From the NCBI GenBank assembly GCA_035574235.1, contig DATLZA010000156.1, positions 17,998 through 81,997 on the forward strand: a stretch of 64,000 nt of DNA. The letters are read 5' to 3'. Below the pieces are notes generated by a model. The model was not told the origin of the DNA and searched no databases. It saw nothing but the letters and a program-made list of their open reading frames with translations. A program made the position numbers and the translations under genes. This document shows positions 46,038 through 54,813 of this stretch, one piece after another (position 1 is the stretch's first letter; each line of letters opens with the position of its first letter). This DNA comes from Planctomycetota bacterium. GTDB lineage: Bacteria; Planctomycetota; MHYJ01; JACPRB01.

Positions 46038-47362
46038 AGATTCACTTTGTCGGGATCGGCGGCATCGGCATGAGCGGGCTGGCCAAGATCCTGCTCGTGC
46101 GGGGGCATCGGATCACGGGGAGCGATCTCCGGCCGTGCTCGTTCCCCGGGGCGGTCGCGGGCCACGACGCGCGCAACGTCCCGCCGGACGCCGAGCAGGT
46201 GGTGCGGTCGGCGGCGGTGCGGGACGACAATCCCGAAATCGTCGAGGCGCGCCGCCGGGGGCTGCCCGTCCTGAAGTACGCCGAGATGGTGGGGCAGCTG
46301 ACGCGGGAGAAGCAGACGATCGCCGTGGCCGGCTGCCACGGCAAGACCACGACCACCGCGATGGTGGCGTATGTCCTGTCGCGGGCGGGCTTCGGGCCGA
46401 CGTTCCTTTGCGGAGGGGTGATTCCGCAGCTCGGCTCCAACGCCGCGCCGGGGCCGGGGAAGCACCTAGTCGTCGAGGCCTGCGAGTACGACCGGTCGTT
46501 TCTGCACTACACGCCCGCCTGCGCGGTGATCACGAACATCGAGGAGGACCATCTCGACTATTACAAGGACCTGGCGGAGATCGTCTCGGCGTTCCGCGAG
46601 TTCGCCGGAAAGTCCACAGGGCCGGTGATCGCGTCGCTGGACAATCCGCCGGCGGCGTCGATCCTGAAGGAGCTCAAGGGGAAGGGGGAGAGTTTTTCTC
46701 TTTCCCAGGACGCCGACTGGCGGGCGCGGAACATCGAGGTGCGCGACGGCCGCTGGACGTTCGACGCGCTCAAGTACGGACGTCCGTACGGGAGCTACAC
46801 GCTTTCGGTGGCGGGGGTCCACAACGTGGCCAACGCGCTGGCGGCGCTGGCGGCGGCGACGTGGGCGGGGGTGGGGCAGGAGATCGTCCAGGTGGCGCTT
46901 TCGGAGTTCACGGGGGCGGAACGGCGGTTTCAGCTTCTGGGGGAGAGGCGGGGGGCGCTCGTCGTGGACGACTACGGGCACCATCCCACGGAGATTCAGG
47001 CCACGCTGCGGGCGGCGCGCGAGCGGTTTCCGGACCGCAAGATCTGGTGCGTCTTCCAGCCGCATCAGGCCTCGCGGACGCGGATTTTTCTCAAGGAATT
47101 CGCCCGCTCGTTCGGGGATGCCCACGTCGTGCTCCTGCCGGAGATCTACGAGGCGCGGGAACAGAACGGCGCGCCGAAGATTTCGAGCGCGGATCTGGCC
47201 AAGGCGGTGGCGGAGCAGGGCAAACCCGCGCTTTATCTTCCCACGTTCGACGAAGTTCTGGCCTTTCTTCGCGAAAAAGCCACGCCCGATTGCCTCATCC
47301 TGACGATGGGCGCCGGGGACGTCGGCGAGATCGCCCGTCGGTTCCTGGCCGAAGCCGGGTAG
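46034..47362 (+). CDS. murC: UDP-N-acetylmuramate--L-alanine ligase
   Basis: MKIHFVGIGGIGMSGLAKILL…AVAGCHGKTTTTAM. The ATG overlaps the murG stop (ATGA). Confidence 0.92.
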   Translation: MKIHFVGIGGIGMSGLAKILLVRGHRITGSDLRPCSFPGAVAGHDARNVPPDAEQVVRSAAVRDDNPEIVEARRRGLPVLKYAEMVGQLTREKQTIAVAGCHGKTTTTAMVAYVLSRAGFGPTFLCGGVIPQLGSNAAPGPGKHLVVEACEYDRSFLHYTPACAVITNIEEDHLDYYKDLAEIVSAFREFAGKSTGPVIASLDNPPAASILKELKGKGESFSLSQDADWRARNIEVRDGRWTFDALKYGRPYGSYTLSVAGVHNVANALAALAAATWAGVGQEIVQVALSEFTGAERRFQLLGERRGALVVDDYGHHPTEIQATLRAARERFPDRKIWCVFQPHQASRTRIFLKEFARSFGDAHVVLLPEIYEAREQNGAPKISSADLAKAVAEQGKPALYLPTFDEVLAFLREKATPDCLILTMGAGDVGEIARRFLAEAG

Positions 47363-47483
47363 GCGGGAGGCCGTTCGCCAGGCGGTGCGCCCTTCGCGGG
47401 AGCAGGTGTCCGCGAAGGGAAAACTCGGGAAGCGCCATCCGCGAGGGAACGGTTCGGATCTGGATATTTTATGATTTGTATGT

Positions 47484-47489
47484 TATAAT
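47484..47489 (+). promoter_or_regulatory. -10-like TATAAT in an AT-rich stretch upstream of murB
   Basis: tttatgatttgtatgtTATAATtcgagc. The ATG is 53 nt downstream, preceded by gagagggggg. Confidence 0.3.
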
Positions 47490-47542
47490 TCGAGCGTTCC
47501 GGGCGCCAGCCCGGAACCGGGACGCGAGAGAGGGGGGCAGCC

Positions 47543-48415
47543 ATGAGCCGGGCGGTCGCCGAGCGCGCCTTCGGGGCGCTCCTGGCGGAAGGGCGGATCC
47601 CCGTGCGCCGCGAGGTGCCCCTGGCGCCGTATACCACCCTCAAGGTCGGCGGCCCGGCCGAGTACTTCATCGAACCCCGTGACCCGGACGAACTCGCCCG
47701 GGTGCTCGCGGCCGCCCGGGAGTGCGACGTTCCCCTCCGCGTCCTCGGAAGCGGAGCCAATCTCCTCGTCCGCGACGCGGGCGTCCGGGGAGCCGTCGTC
47801 CGGCTCACGCGCTTCACCCGCCGCCGCGGATGGCACGTCGAGGCCGGCTACGGCCTGCCCCGGCTCGTCAAGGAATCCGTCGCGGAGGGACTCGCGGGCC
47901 TGGAGCCCCTGGCCGGAGTCCCCGCCGCCGTCGGCGGCGCCGTCCGCATGAACGCGGGCGGCCGACACGGGGAAATCGCCGGCGCCGTCGCCTACGTCGA
48001 CGTCGTCGGCCCCGACGGGACGCTCCGGCGGCTCCGCCGCGACGAGGTGGGCTTTCGCTACCGCGGAACCTCGCTCGGCGACGCCGTCGTCGTCGCCGCG
48101 GGGTTCGACCTGCGGCCGGACCCGCAGGCCGCCCGCCGCTACGGCGAGATCCTCGCCGCCAAGAAGGCCACCCAGCCCCTCGGAGTCCCGAGCGCCGGGT
48201 GCATGTTCAAGAATCCCCCCGGCGCGTACGCGGGACGCCTCATCGATGAGTGCGGCCTCAAAGGGGCCCGCGTCGGACGCGCCCATGTCTCCCGCAAGCA
48301 TGCCAACTTCATCGTCAACGAAGGAGGCGCCAGCGCCGACGACGTCCTGCGGCTCGTGGATCTCGTCCGCAGCCGCGTTCCCGTGCCGCTCGAACTCGAA
48401 GTCCTGGTCTGGTGA
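47543..48415 (+). CDS. murB: UDP-N-acetylenolpyruvoylglucosamine reductase
   Basis: FAD-binding PYTTLKVGGPAEYF…LGSGANLL and C-terminal MurB domain (GCMFKNP…SRKHANFIVN). Confidence 0.9.
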   Translation: MSRAVAERAFGALLAEGRIPVRREVPLAPYTTLKVGGPAEYFIEPRDPDELARVLAAARECDVPLRVLGSGANLLVRDAGVRGAVVRLTRFTRRRGWHVEAGYGLPRLVKESVAEGLAGLEPLAGVPAAVGGAVRMNAGGRHGEIAGAVAYVDVVGPDGTLRRLRRDEVGFRYRGTSLGDAVVVAAGFDLRPDPQAARRYGEILAAKKATQPLGVPSAGCMFKNPPGAYAGRLIDECGLKGARVGRAHVSRKHANFIVNEGGASADDVLRLVDLVRSRVPVPLELEVLVW

Positions 48416-48435
48416 ACGATAAAGGAGCCGCCGCC

Positions 48436-49395
48436 ATGGGCCATCCGGGCCGCCTGCGCATCGCCGTTCTCATGGGAGGGACGTCGTCCGAACGGGAGAT
48501 CTCGCTCCGCTCCGGAGCCGCCGTCGCCGCGGCGCTCCGCGCGCGCGGTCACGACGTCGTTCCCGTGGACATCCGCACCGAAACCGGCCGGGAACTCGAC
48601 GGGCTCAAGATCGACGTCGCCTTCGTCGCCCTCCACGGCCGCTTCGGAGAGGACGGCCGCCTTCAGGCGATCCTTCAGTCCCGCGGGATCCCCTACACGG
48701 GCAGCGGCCCCGAAGCCTCCCGCGCCGCCATGGACAAGGTCGAGGCCAAGCGCCTCTTCAAGCTGCGCGGCGTCGAAACGCCCCCGCACCGGGTCATCCT
48801 TCGCGGCGAGTCCCCCGCGCTCTGGGAGCAGTGCGCCCGCGCCCTCGGCTATCCGGTCGTCGTCAAGCCGAGCGCCGAGGGCTCCAGCGTCGGCGTCACC
48901 GTGCACGAGGACCGCTCCACCCTCCTCGACGGCGCCGCCGAGGCTTTCCGGCACGGCCCCGTCGCCCTCATGGAGAAATTCATCCGGGGAACGGAGCTCA
49001 CCGTGGGCATCCTGGAAGGGCGCGCGCTCCCCATCATCGAGCTGCGGCCGCGCTCCCGCTTCTTCGACTACAAGGCCAAATACCAGGACCCCGAGACGCT
49101 CTACGTCGTCGATCCGCCCCTGAGCGAACTCGACAAGCGGCGCGTCCAGAAGGCCGCCCGAGAGGCCCACGAGGCCCTGGGCTGCGAGGGCATGAGCCGC
49201 GTGGACCTCATCCTCACCCCCTTCTGCGCCGTTCACGTCCTCGAGGTGAACACCATCCCGGGACTCACGGAGCGCAGCCTCCTGCCCAAGGCCGCGCGCG
49301 CCGCCGGGATCGATTTCCCCGAGCTCTGCGAACGGATCGTCCAGACCGCCTTCAAACGACGTCAGGGCGGCTTCTGGGCGGCGGCGATGCTGTAG
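48436..49395 (+). CDS. ddl: D-alanine--D-alanine ligase
   Basis: RBS aaaggag precedes the ATG. RIAVLMGGTSSEREISLRSG…ALHGRFGEDGRLQAILQSRGIPYTGSG…, ATP-grasp fold. 319 aa. Confidence 0.9.
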   Translation: MGHPGRLRIAVLMGGTSSEREISLRSGAAVAAALRARGHDVVPVDIRTETGRELDGLKIDVAFVALHGRFGEDGRLQAILQSRGIPYTGSGPEASRAAMDKVEAKRLFKLRGVETPPHRVILRGESPALWEQCARALGYPVVVKPSAEGSSVGVTVHEDRSTLLDGAAEAFRHGPVALMEKFIRGTELTVGILEGRALPIIELRPRSRFFDYKAKYQDPETLYVVDPPLSELDKRRVQKAAREAHEALGCEGMSRVDLILTPFCAVHVLEVNTIPGLTERSLLPKAARAAGIDFPELCERIVQTAFKRRQGGFWAAAML

Positions 49396-49401
49396 GGATG
49401 C

Positions 49402-50964
49402 CTACCGCTCCGTGGTCGGCGGCTCGGGCCGGCGGACTTCGATCGCCCGCGCGGCCGCCCGGCCCGCCCCCCACGCCTTGAGGAAGTAGTCCCCCGGGAC
49501 GAGGTCGGCGGGCAGCGAAAGCTCCAGCGCGAACGCTCCGCCGCGCGATTCCGCCCGACCCCGCACGATGACCTTGTTGTTGGCGTTGGCGTACCGGCGG
49601 ACGATCTGCGCTTCGACCGTCTCCCCCACGAGATCCGTCGGGTGATAAAACCGGTCCCTCGGACACTCGAAGGTCACCTCCACCGGTCCCTCTTCCGGGA
49701 GACGTCCGGAGACCGACAGCGTCGTCCCCGGGGGGACCCGCTCCGGAGCCGAAAGCTCCAGATCTCGTCCCGGTCGGCGCAGTCGAAGCGCCGGATCGCC
49801 CAGAAGGTTGTAGTGCAGCGTCACGTCCCGGCGCATCGGCTCCAGACTCGCGGGTCCCTGGACAAGTCCCGCCAGCGCGTCGGCCCGGAGCCGGAGGGGA
49901 GTGCGCGGGCCGTCGTTCAGGACCGCCGCCTTGGCCGCCCACAGAGCCTCTCCCAGCGTGGGCGCCCCGCCGGGTCGGAACACCTCCGCCACGAGCGCTT
50001 CTCCGAGAAGGGCGTTTCCGTAGGGTTGCGTGATCCGGCTTCCTCCGATGAACGCCACCGGGCCCCGCGGGCGCTTGAGAAGTTCCTCGCCGATCGAATC
50101 TCCGAATCGGGCGTCATAGGCCCCCGTCAGGCACGCCAGGACCACCATGACCGGAAGTCCCGCGCGCACCTCCACCCGCGCGGCGTCCCGGCTCTCGAGG
50201 ACCGGATAAAGAAACCCGTTGTAGCGCACCTCGTCGAAGCCCGTCCGCAGCCCGTGCCCCACGTAGGCGTAAAAGAGCGACCCCTCGTTGAGGAGGCGCA
50301 CCGCGTGATCGTTGAACCGCGGGGGATAGTAGCCGTATTTCGACGAAAGCTTCGCGTAGGCGGTCTCCACGTCGTACTCGGGCGGGATCCCGCGGGCCAC
50401 GACGGCGGAAAATTGCGCTTCCAGCGCCAGGTCCAGGAGAGGCCCGAAGCCACCCTCGCCGGCCAGCACGGTTACCTTCTTCTGCCACGGTCCGCCCGCC
50501 GGCTCCCTCTCGTAGGCGAGAGTCTTGGCGATCATCGCGCCGAGCTCCTCCCGCGTGTCGGCGGGCAGGCGTCCCGCGACCGGACCGAAAAGATGATCGG
50601 TGGCCAGGTCGGGATCGCACGGGAAACGGTCGCTCCGGTAGGCCGAAGGACGCTCGAAGGTGGGAACGCGGTCGGCGTCCCCGGCCAGCAGGAGAAACCG
50701 CGGCCGCACCCGCGCGACGAACCGGGCCAGCCCGTCCGCGCCGGGCCCGAACCGGGCGGCCACGTCGTCGGTGCGCACGACGGCCGCCGCCCCTCCGCCG
50801 CGCGCCCGGTGCTCCGCCAGCGCGTCGCACGCCTCTGCGAACTCCGGGGGGGCCACGATGAGATAATCGGCGCGCACGCCGTCGAGGTCCCGCCGCAGAT
50901 ACTTCGAATCCCCCGCGGCGGAAAGCGCCGCCGCCAGGGCGAGCGCGAGTGCCATTGAAGTCAT
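49402..50964 (-). CDS. secreted peptidase C25 (gingipain)-like family protein
   Basis: Signal peptide MTSMALALALAAALSAAG, then a DYLIVAPPEF start typical of the C25 family. Candidate catalytic His/Cys regions (YVGHG; VVLACLTGAYD). Antisense to the dcw block. Confidence 0.55.
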   Translation of the reverse strand: MTSMALALALAAALSAAGDSKYLRRDLDGVRADYLIVAPPEFAEACDALAEHRARGGGAAAVVRTDDVAARFGPGADGLARFVARVRPRFLLLAGDADRVPTFERPSAYRSDRFPCDPDLATDHLFGPVAGRLPADTREELGAMIAKTLAYEREPAGGPWQKKVTVLAGEGGFGPLLDLALEAQFSAVVARGIPPEYDVETAYAKLSSKYGYYPPRFNDHAVRLLNEGSLFYAYVGHGLRTGFDEVRYNGFLYPVLESRDAARVEVRAGLPVMVVLACLTGAYDARFGDSIGEELLKRPRGPVAFIGGSRITQPYGNALLGEALVAEVFRPGGAPTLGEALWAAKAAVLNDGPRTPLRLRADALAGLVQGPASLEPMRRDVTLHYNLLGDPALRLRRPGRDLELSAPERVPPGTTLSVSGRLPEEGPVEVTFECPRDRFYHPTDLVGETVEAQIVRRYANANNKVIVRGRAESRGGAFALELSLPADLVPGDYFLKAWGAGRAAARAIEVRRPEPPTTER

Positions 50965-50996
50965 TTTACCAAAACGACGATAGAGAACATCGAGCG

Positions 50997-51902
50997 ATGC
51001 GAAACCTCTTCGCTCCGCTGGGGCGGTGGAAGAACTGGGACCGGTGGGCGGCCCGCGCGGGGGCGTTTCTCGCCGCGCGCCGCCGGACCGGCCGCGCTCT
51101 CCTCTTCGCGGGCGGCTTCGCGCTCGTCGTCCTGCTCGTTCACCGCGAAGTCTACAGCTTCCTCGCCCAGTCCCGCCGCTACACGCTCCCGCGCCTGGAA
51201 ACCGCCGTGGCCCCCCGGTGGGCCGACCGCACCGGCGAGGAGATCGTGCGCCTGGACCTCGGCGGCGGGTCGCTTTTCGACCGGAGTCTCGTCGAACGCG
51301 TGGGGCGTGCCTTCGAGGCGTCCCCCTGGATCCGCCGGGTGATCTCCGTCGAGCGGGTTTTCCCGAACCAGCTCCGCGTGCGCTTCGAATACCGGAGGGC
51401 CTACGCGGCCGTCCGGCGCCCGAACGGGCACGTTCTCGTGGACGCCGACGGCGTGCGCCTGCCCGGCGTCTGGGCGGATCCGCCCACGTGCGAGCGCCCG
51501 GCGGCGATCACGGGCGTCGCCTCCGCGCCGCCGGCGCCCGGCAAGGTCTGGGAGGACCCGGCGCTGCGGGCGGGGATCGCGCTGGCCGATTTCGTCCACG
51601 CGGATCCGATCCTCCGCCGTCTGGGCGTCAAGGAGATCGACGTGGCCAATTTCGGCGGCCGCGTGGACCCGCGCCGCAGCGAAGTGGCGCTGGTCACGGC
51701 CGGAGGGTGCGTGATACACTGGGGCCGCGATCCGTCGCAGTCGCGCTTCGGCGATCCGTCGACCGATGAGAAGCTCGAGAACCTCCGCGAGGTCCTGGCC
51801 GTGTATCCCGACCTGGCCGGGCTCCGCAGCGTCAAGGTCTACTTCCGGGGCGCCCGCGCGGTGGAGCCTCAGGACGCCACGGCCGCCCGCCGGAGCCGCT
51901 GA
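50997..51902 (+). CDS. ftsQ: FtsQ/DivIB-like cell-division protein (TM + POTRA)
   Basis: Single TM LLFAGGFALVVLLV, then a POTRA-like region (IVRLDLGGGSLFDRSLVERVGRAFEASPWIRRVISVERVFPNQLRVRFEYR). Start assumed at MRNLF (50997). Confidence 0.6.
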   Translation: MRNLFAPLGRWKNWDRWAARAGAFLAARRRTGRALLFAGGFALVVLLVHREVYSFLAQSRRYTLPRLETAVAPRWADRTGEEIVRLDLGGGSLFDRSLVERVGRAFEASPWIRRVISVERVFPNQLRVRFEYRRAYAAVRRPNGHVLVDADGVRLPGVWADPPTCERPAAITGVASAPPAPGKVWEDPALRAGIALADFVHADPILRRLGVKEIDVANFGGRVDPRRSEVALVTAGGCVIHWGRDPSQSRFGDPSTDEKLENLREVLAVYPDLAGLRSVKVYFRGARAVEPQDATAARRSR

Positions 51903-51940
51903 CGGCCGGCGCCGCTCCCCCGGGGAGAGGCAGGTGCGTC

Positions 51941-52582
51941 GTGCCCCGGCTTGACCCTCAGAAGATCTCCACCCTGGCCGTCGGGTGGATCGGATTCCTG
52001 TCGATCGTGACGCTCGTCACGCTGGCTCAGACGCTTCCCTTCCGCCTGACGTTCGTGCGTCCGGAGACGTTTCACGCCTGGTTCGTTCGCGTGGAGCTTT
52101 TCTTCGCCGTGTTTCTCTGGCCGTTCTTTCTTCCCGGCCTGGTTCGCGAGGGATGCGGAATCCTCGGGAGTCTCGCGGCGCTGGGGATGATGATCGTCCT
52201 CGCGGCGCCTCTGACCGCGGCGGCGGCGAATCTTTCGGCCGCGCCGGCGGGGGAGGCGCTTTCCGGGCAGATCCTTGTGGGGGCCGCAGCGGCTCCGGCG
52301 GCGGCGCTTGAGGAGCTTTCGCGCCGGGCGGGATGGAGGCGCGCGAGAGCGTGGTATCTCCTGGCGGCATTTTTCCTTTCCGCGGTGCCGCCCTTCGCGC
52401 ACTTCCTGCTGCGCGATCTGGCGGGAAGGGGCGATCTTTCCGCCCTCGCGTGGGCGAGCCCGTTCTGGGCGGCCGCGGCCGCTCCGCTGCCCGCCGCGGC
52501 GGTCTTCGCGGGGCTGGCGCTGGCGGGCCTGGCGGCGGGCCTCCTTTGGACTCCCCGGATGGAGGCGGAGGTCGAAGCGTGA
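51941..52582 (+). CDS. hypothetical polytopic membrane protein
   Basis: GTG start per the track. Five or six hydrophobic helices. No motifs recognised. Confidence 0.4.
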   Translation: MPRLDPQKISTLAVGWIGFLSIVTLVTLAQTLPFRLTFVRPETFHAWFVRVELFFAVFLWPFFLPGLVREGCGILGSLAALGMMIVLAAPLTAAAANLSAAPAGEALSGQILVGAAAAPAAALEELSRRAGWRRARAWYLLAAFFLSAVPPFAHFLLRDLAGRGDLSALAWASPFWAAAAAPLPAAAVFAGLALAGLAAGLLWTPRMEAEVEA

Positions 52583-53937
52583 TTGGTCTCCTCGGCGTGT
52601 TCCTGGCCGCCGCGGCCTCCGATCCCCGCGTGGAACGCGTGGAGCGCCTGGCCGGAGAGGCGCGGCGGACCACCGTGTGGGCCCCCCTGGCGGTCACGCT
52701 TTCGAGCGCCGCGGGGTTCGAAGGGGATCTCGTCGCGCGGAGTTCCTTCGGGTTTTTCACCGCCCGGCGCGTCCGCGTGGCGCCCGGAGGGCGCGAGCGG
52801 GTGCTCCTACCCGCCGTGGACCCGGTCGAGATCCGCGCCGGGGCGATCGGGGCGGCGCCGCCGGAGGCGTCGGCGCGCCCGGATCTCGTGGTCGGCGTGG
52901 ATGTCCGGCTCCCGTTCGCGCGCGAACTGACTTCCGGGGAGCGCGTGCGGTTCGTCCGGTTCGATCCCTCCGATCCCTTCGCGCGGGAGCTTCTGCGCCG
53001 GGGATTGCTGGAGGCGTGGGATCTTCTTCTCCTGGCGGACGCGGCGGACCTTCCGCTCGGGGCCGGGCCGGAAGCGTATGTTCCTTCGTCCCGGGAGGAC
53101 GCCGAGCGGAGGATTCAGGCGCGGGCGGCGCTTCCGCCGCCCGCCCGCTTCGAGGCGGTCGATCGCGAGCTTTGGAACGTCCTTGCCCCGCGGGAGGGAT
53201 GGGTTCCCGCAAAGCGGACCTTCGCCCTCTTCTTCGCGGGGGCCTACGCGGTGGCGGCGTTCGCGGCGCTGCCCTTCATGGCCTGGGCCCGACCGCGGTG
53301 GATGCTGCCGTCCGCCGTCGCCCTGGCGGGGCTTTTTGCGATCGTCTATCTCGTCTTCTTCCCGAAAGGGCAGCTCTGGGTCCTGGAGCATCGGTGCGAG
53401 GTGGCGCCGGCCGGGGAGGGAGAGGCGGCGGAGTGGAGGGTGTGGTTCGCGGGCGCGCCGGTGGCGCGGCGCACGCGCGTGGAATTCCCCCGCTGGGTCA
53501 AGCCCGTCCTTCCGCATCCGGGGGCGGTGGATCGGCCGTTCACGATTCGGTTCTCCGACGCGGGTTCGTCCGCCGTCGAGGACCTCGAGCTGGCCGGCGG
53601 CGTGCCCGTGGCGTTCGCCGGGGCGGAATCGCGTCCGCCTTCCTTCCGGGCCGTGGAACGCCTTCCGCGACCGCTCTACGGAGCGTCGATTCTCCGCGGA
53701 AACCGGAACCGGCGGCTGGGAGACCTGCCCGCGGGAACCGAAGTGAACGCGCTTGCCGTCCGGGACGACGAGCCGGCGCCGGGCGAGGCGGATTTCCGCG
53801 CCTTCCGGAGGTTCATCCGGGGGGATGCGCTCTTCGGCCGGCTGGACCGCGAGGACGCGGGCGCGGGCGAGGTGTCGTCCGCCGACCTGGCGGAGGCGCG
53901 CCGCCGCCCGCGGTTTTTCATCCAGAGGTTGCCATGA
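52579..53937 (+). CDS. hypothetical membrane/extracytoplasmic protein
   Basis: GTG start overlapping the previous stop (GTGA). N-terminal hydrophobic segment VIGLLGVFLAAAASDP and an internal TM pair (FALFFAGAYAVAAFAALPFMAWA…LAGLFAIVYLVFF). Confidence 0.4.
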   Translation: MIGLLGVFLAAAASDPRVERVERLAGEARRTTVWAPLAVTLSSAAGFEGDLVARSSFGFFTARRVRVAPGGRERVLLPAVDPVEIRAGAIGAAPPEASARPDLVVGVDVRLPFARELTSGERVRFVRFDPSDPFARELLRRGLLEAWDLLLLADAADLPLGAGPEAYVPSSREDAERRIQARAALPPPARFEAVDRELWNVLAPREGWVPAKRTFALFFAGAYAVAAFAALPFMAWARPRWMLPSAVALAGLFAIVYLVFFPKGQLWVLEHRCEVAPAGEGEAAEWRVWFAGAPVARRTRVEFPRWVKPVLPHPGAVDRPFTIRFSDAGSSAVEDLELAGGVPVAFAGAESRPPSFRAVERLPRPLYGASILRGNRNRRLGDLPAGTEVNALAVRDDEPAPGEADFRAFRRFIRGDALFGRLDREDAGAGEVSSADLAEARRRPRFFIQRLP

Positions 53938-54389
53938 ACGGGCGGGAACACGTCGAAGTCGTGCGGACGCCGGTGGGGCCGGTTTCGGTGACCGTGAGGG
54001 ACGGGCGCGTGCGGGCGGTCCGGTTCGGGGGAAGGGCGGGGAAGGGGAAGGCGGCCGCGGCGCGCTGGCTGGCGCGATGGTTCCGGGGGGAGGATCCCGG
54101 GGTGAGGCTGGACCTTTCCTGGGCCACGCCGTTCGAGCGTCGCGTGTACGCCGTGGTCCGCCGGATTCCCCGGGGCGGAACGCGGACCTACGGCGAGGTC
54201 GCGCGGGCGGCCGGCGCCCCGGGGGCGGCGCGGGCGGTGGGCCGGGTCCTGGCGCGCAACCGGATCTGCCTTTTTATCCCCTGCCATCGGGTGGTGGGCG
54301 CCGCCGGTCCGGGCGGCTTCACGGCGCCGGGGGGCGTGCGGCTGAAACGGCGCCTCCTGAGCCTCGAGCGCCGCGCGCCGCGCGCATAG
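53934..54389 (+). CDS. ogt: methylated-DNA--protein-cysteine methyltransferase (O6-alkylguanine alkyltransferase)
   Basis: Active-site IPCHRVV and upstream YGEVA…GAPGAARAVG. The ATG overlaps the previous stop (ATGA). Confidence 0.85.
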   Translation: MNGREHVEVVRTPVGPVSVTVRDGRVRAVRFGGRAGKGKAAAARWLARWFRGEDPGVRLDLSWATPFERRVYAVVRRIPRGGTRTYGEVARAAGAPGAARAVGRVLARNRICLFIPCHRVVGAAGPGGFTAPGGVRLKRRLLSLERRAPRA

Positions 54390-54554
54390 CGCGGCCCATC
54401 CTTCTGCATATGTCGCATAAAAAATTTGACATGCCATGGGTGGCCGCCTATAGTTTATGCCCAGCTTCGCGCCCCGGCGCGGAGGTTTCGCGTCCCGAGC
54501 GTCGCGGGACGGGTTCGGAGTCCGCGCGCCCGGGCGCTTTCCGAAAGGAGCGGC

Positions 54555-54812
54555 ATGCCGGTTCCCAAGGACCTGCTGGATCTCATGGCGTGCCCGTTCT
54601 GCAAGAGCGGGCTGCGCGAGGACGGGGAGAAGCTCCGCTGCGTGAATGCGGAATGCGGCCTCGTCTTTCCGGTCAAGGACGACATCCCGATCATGCTCAT
54701 CGACGAAGCGGAGCGGCCCTGCCCGAAGTGCGGCAAGTCGCGGGACTGGCAGGGCGACGTGCTGCGGTGTCCGTCCTGCGGGGCGACGCTGAACGTCGAG
54801 AGGAAGGGATAG
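54555..54812 (+). CDS. Trm112-like (UPF0434) zinc-ribbon protein with extra C-terminal CxxC pair
   Basis: RBS aaaggag precedes the ATG. LMACPFCKSGL…DDIPIMLIDEA is the Trm112/YcaR signature. Additional CPKCG…CPSCG ribbon. Confidence 0.7.
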   Translation: MPVPKDLLDLMACPFCKSGLREDGEKLRCVNAECGLVFPVKDDIPIMLIDEAERPCPKCGKSRDWQGDVLRCPSCGATLNVERKG

Positions 54813-54813
54813 C

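Noticed and set aside
49642-50958. 438-aa plus ORF overlapping the C25-like gene
   Set aside because: Its translation is Arg-rich without a signal peptide or domains. The minus frame has a signal peptide and a gingipain-type N-terminus.
52275-54389. 704-aa plus ORF and 53676-55061 minus ORF
   Set aside because: The plus ORF is real only in its last 151 codons (ogt). The minus ORF is R-rich antisense to ogt and the Trm112-like gene.
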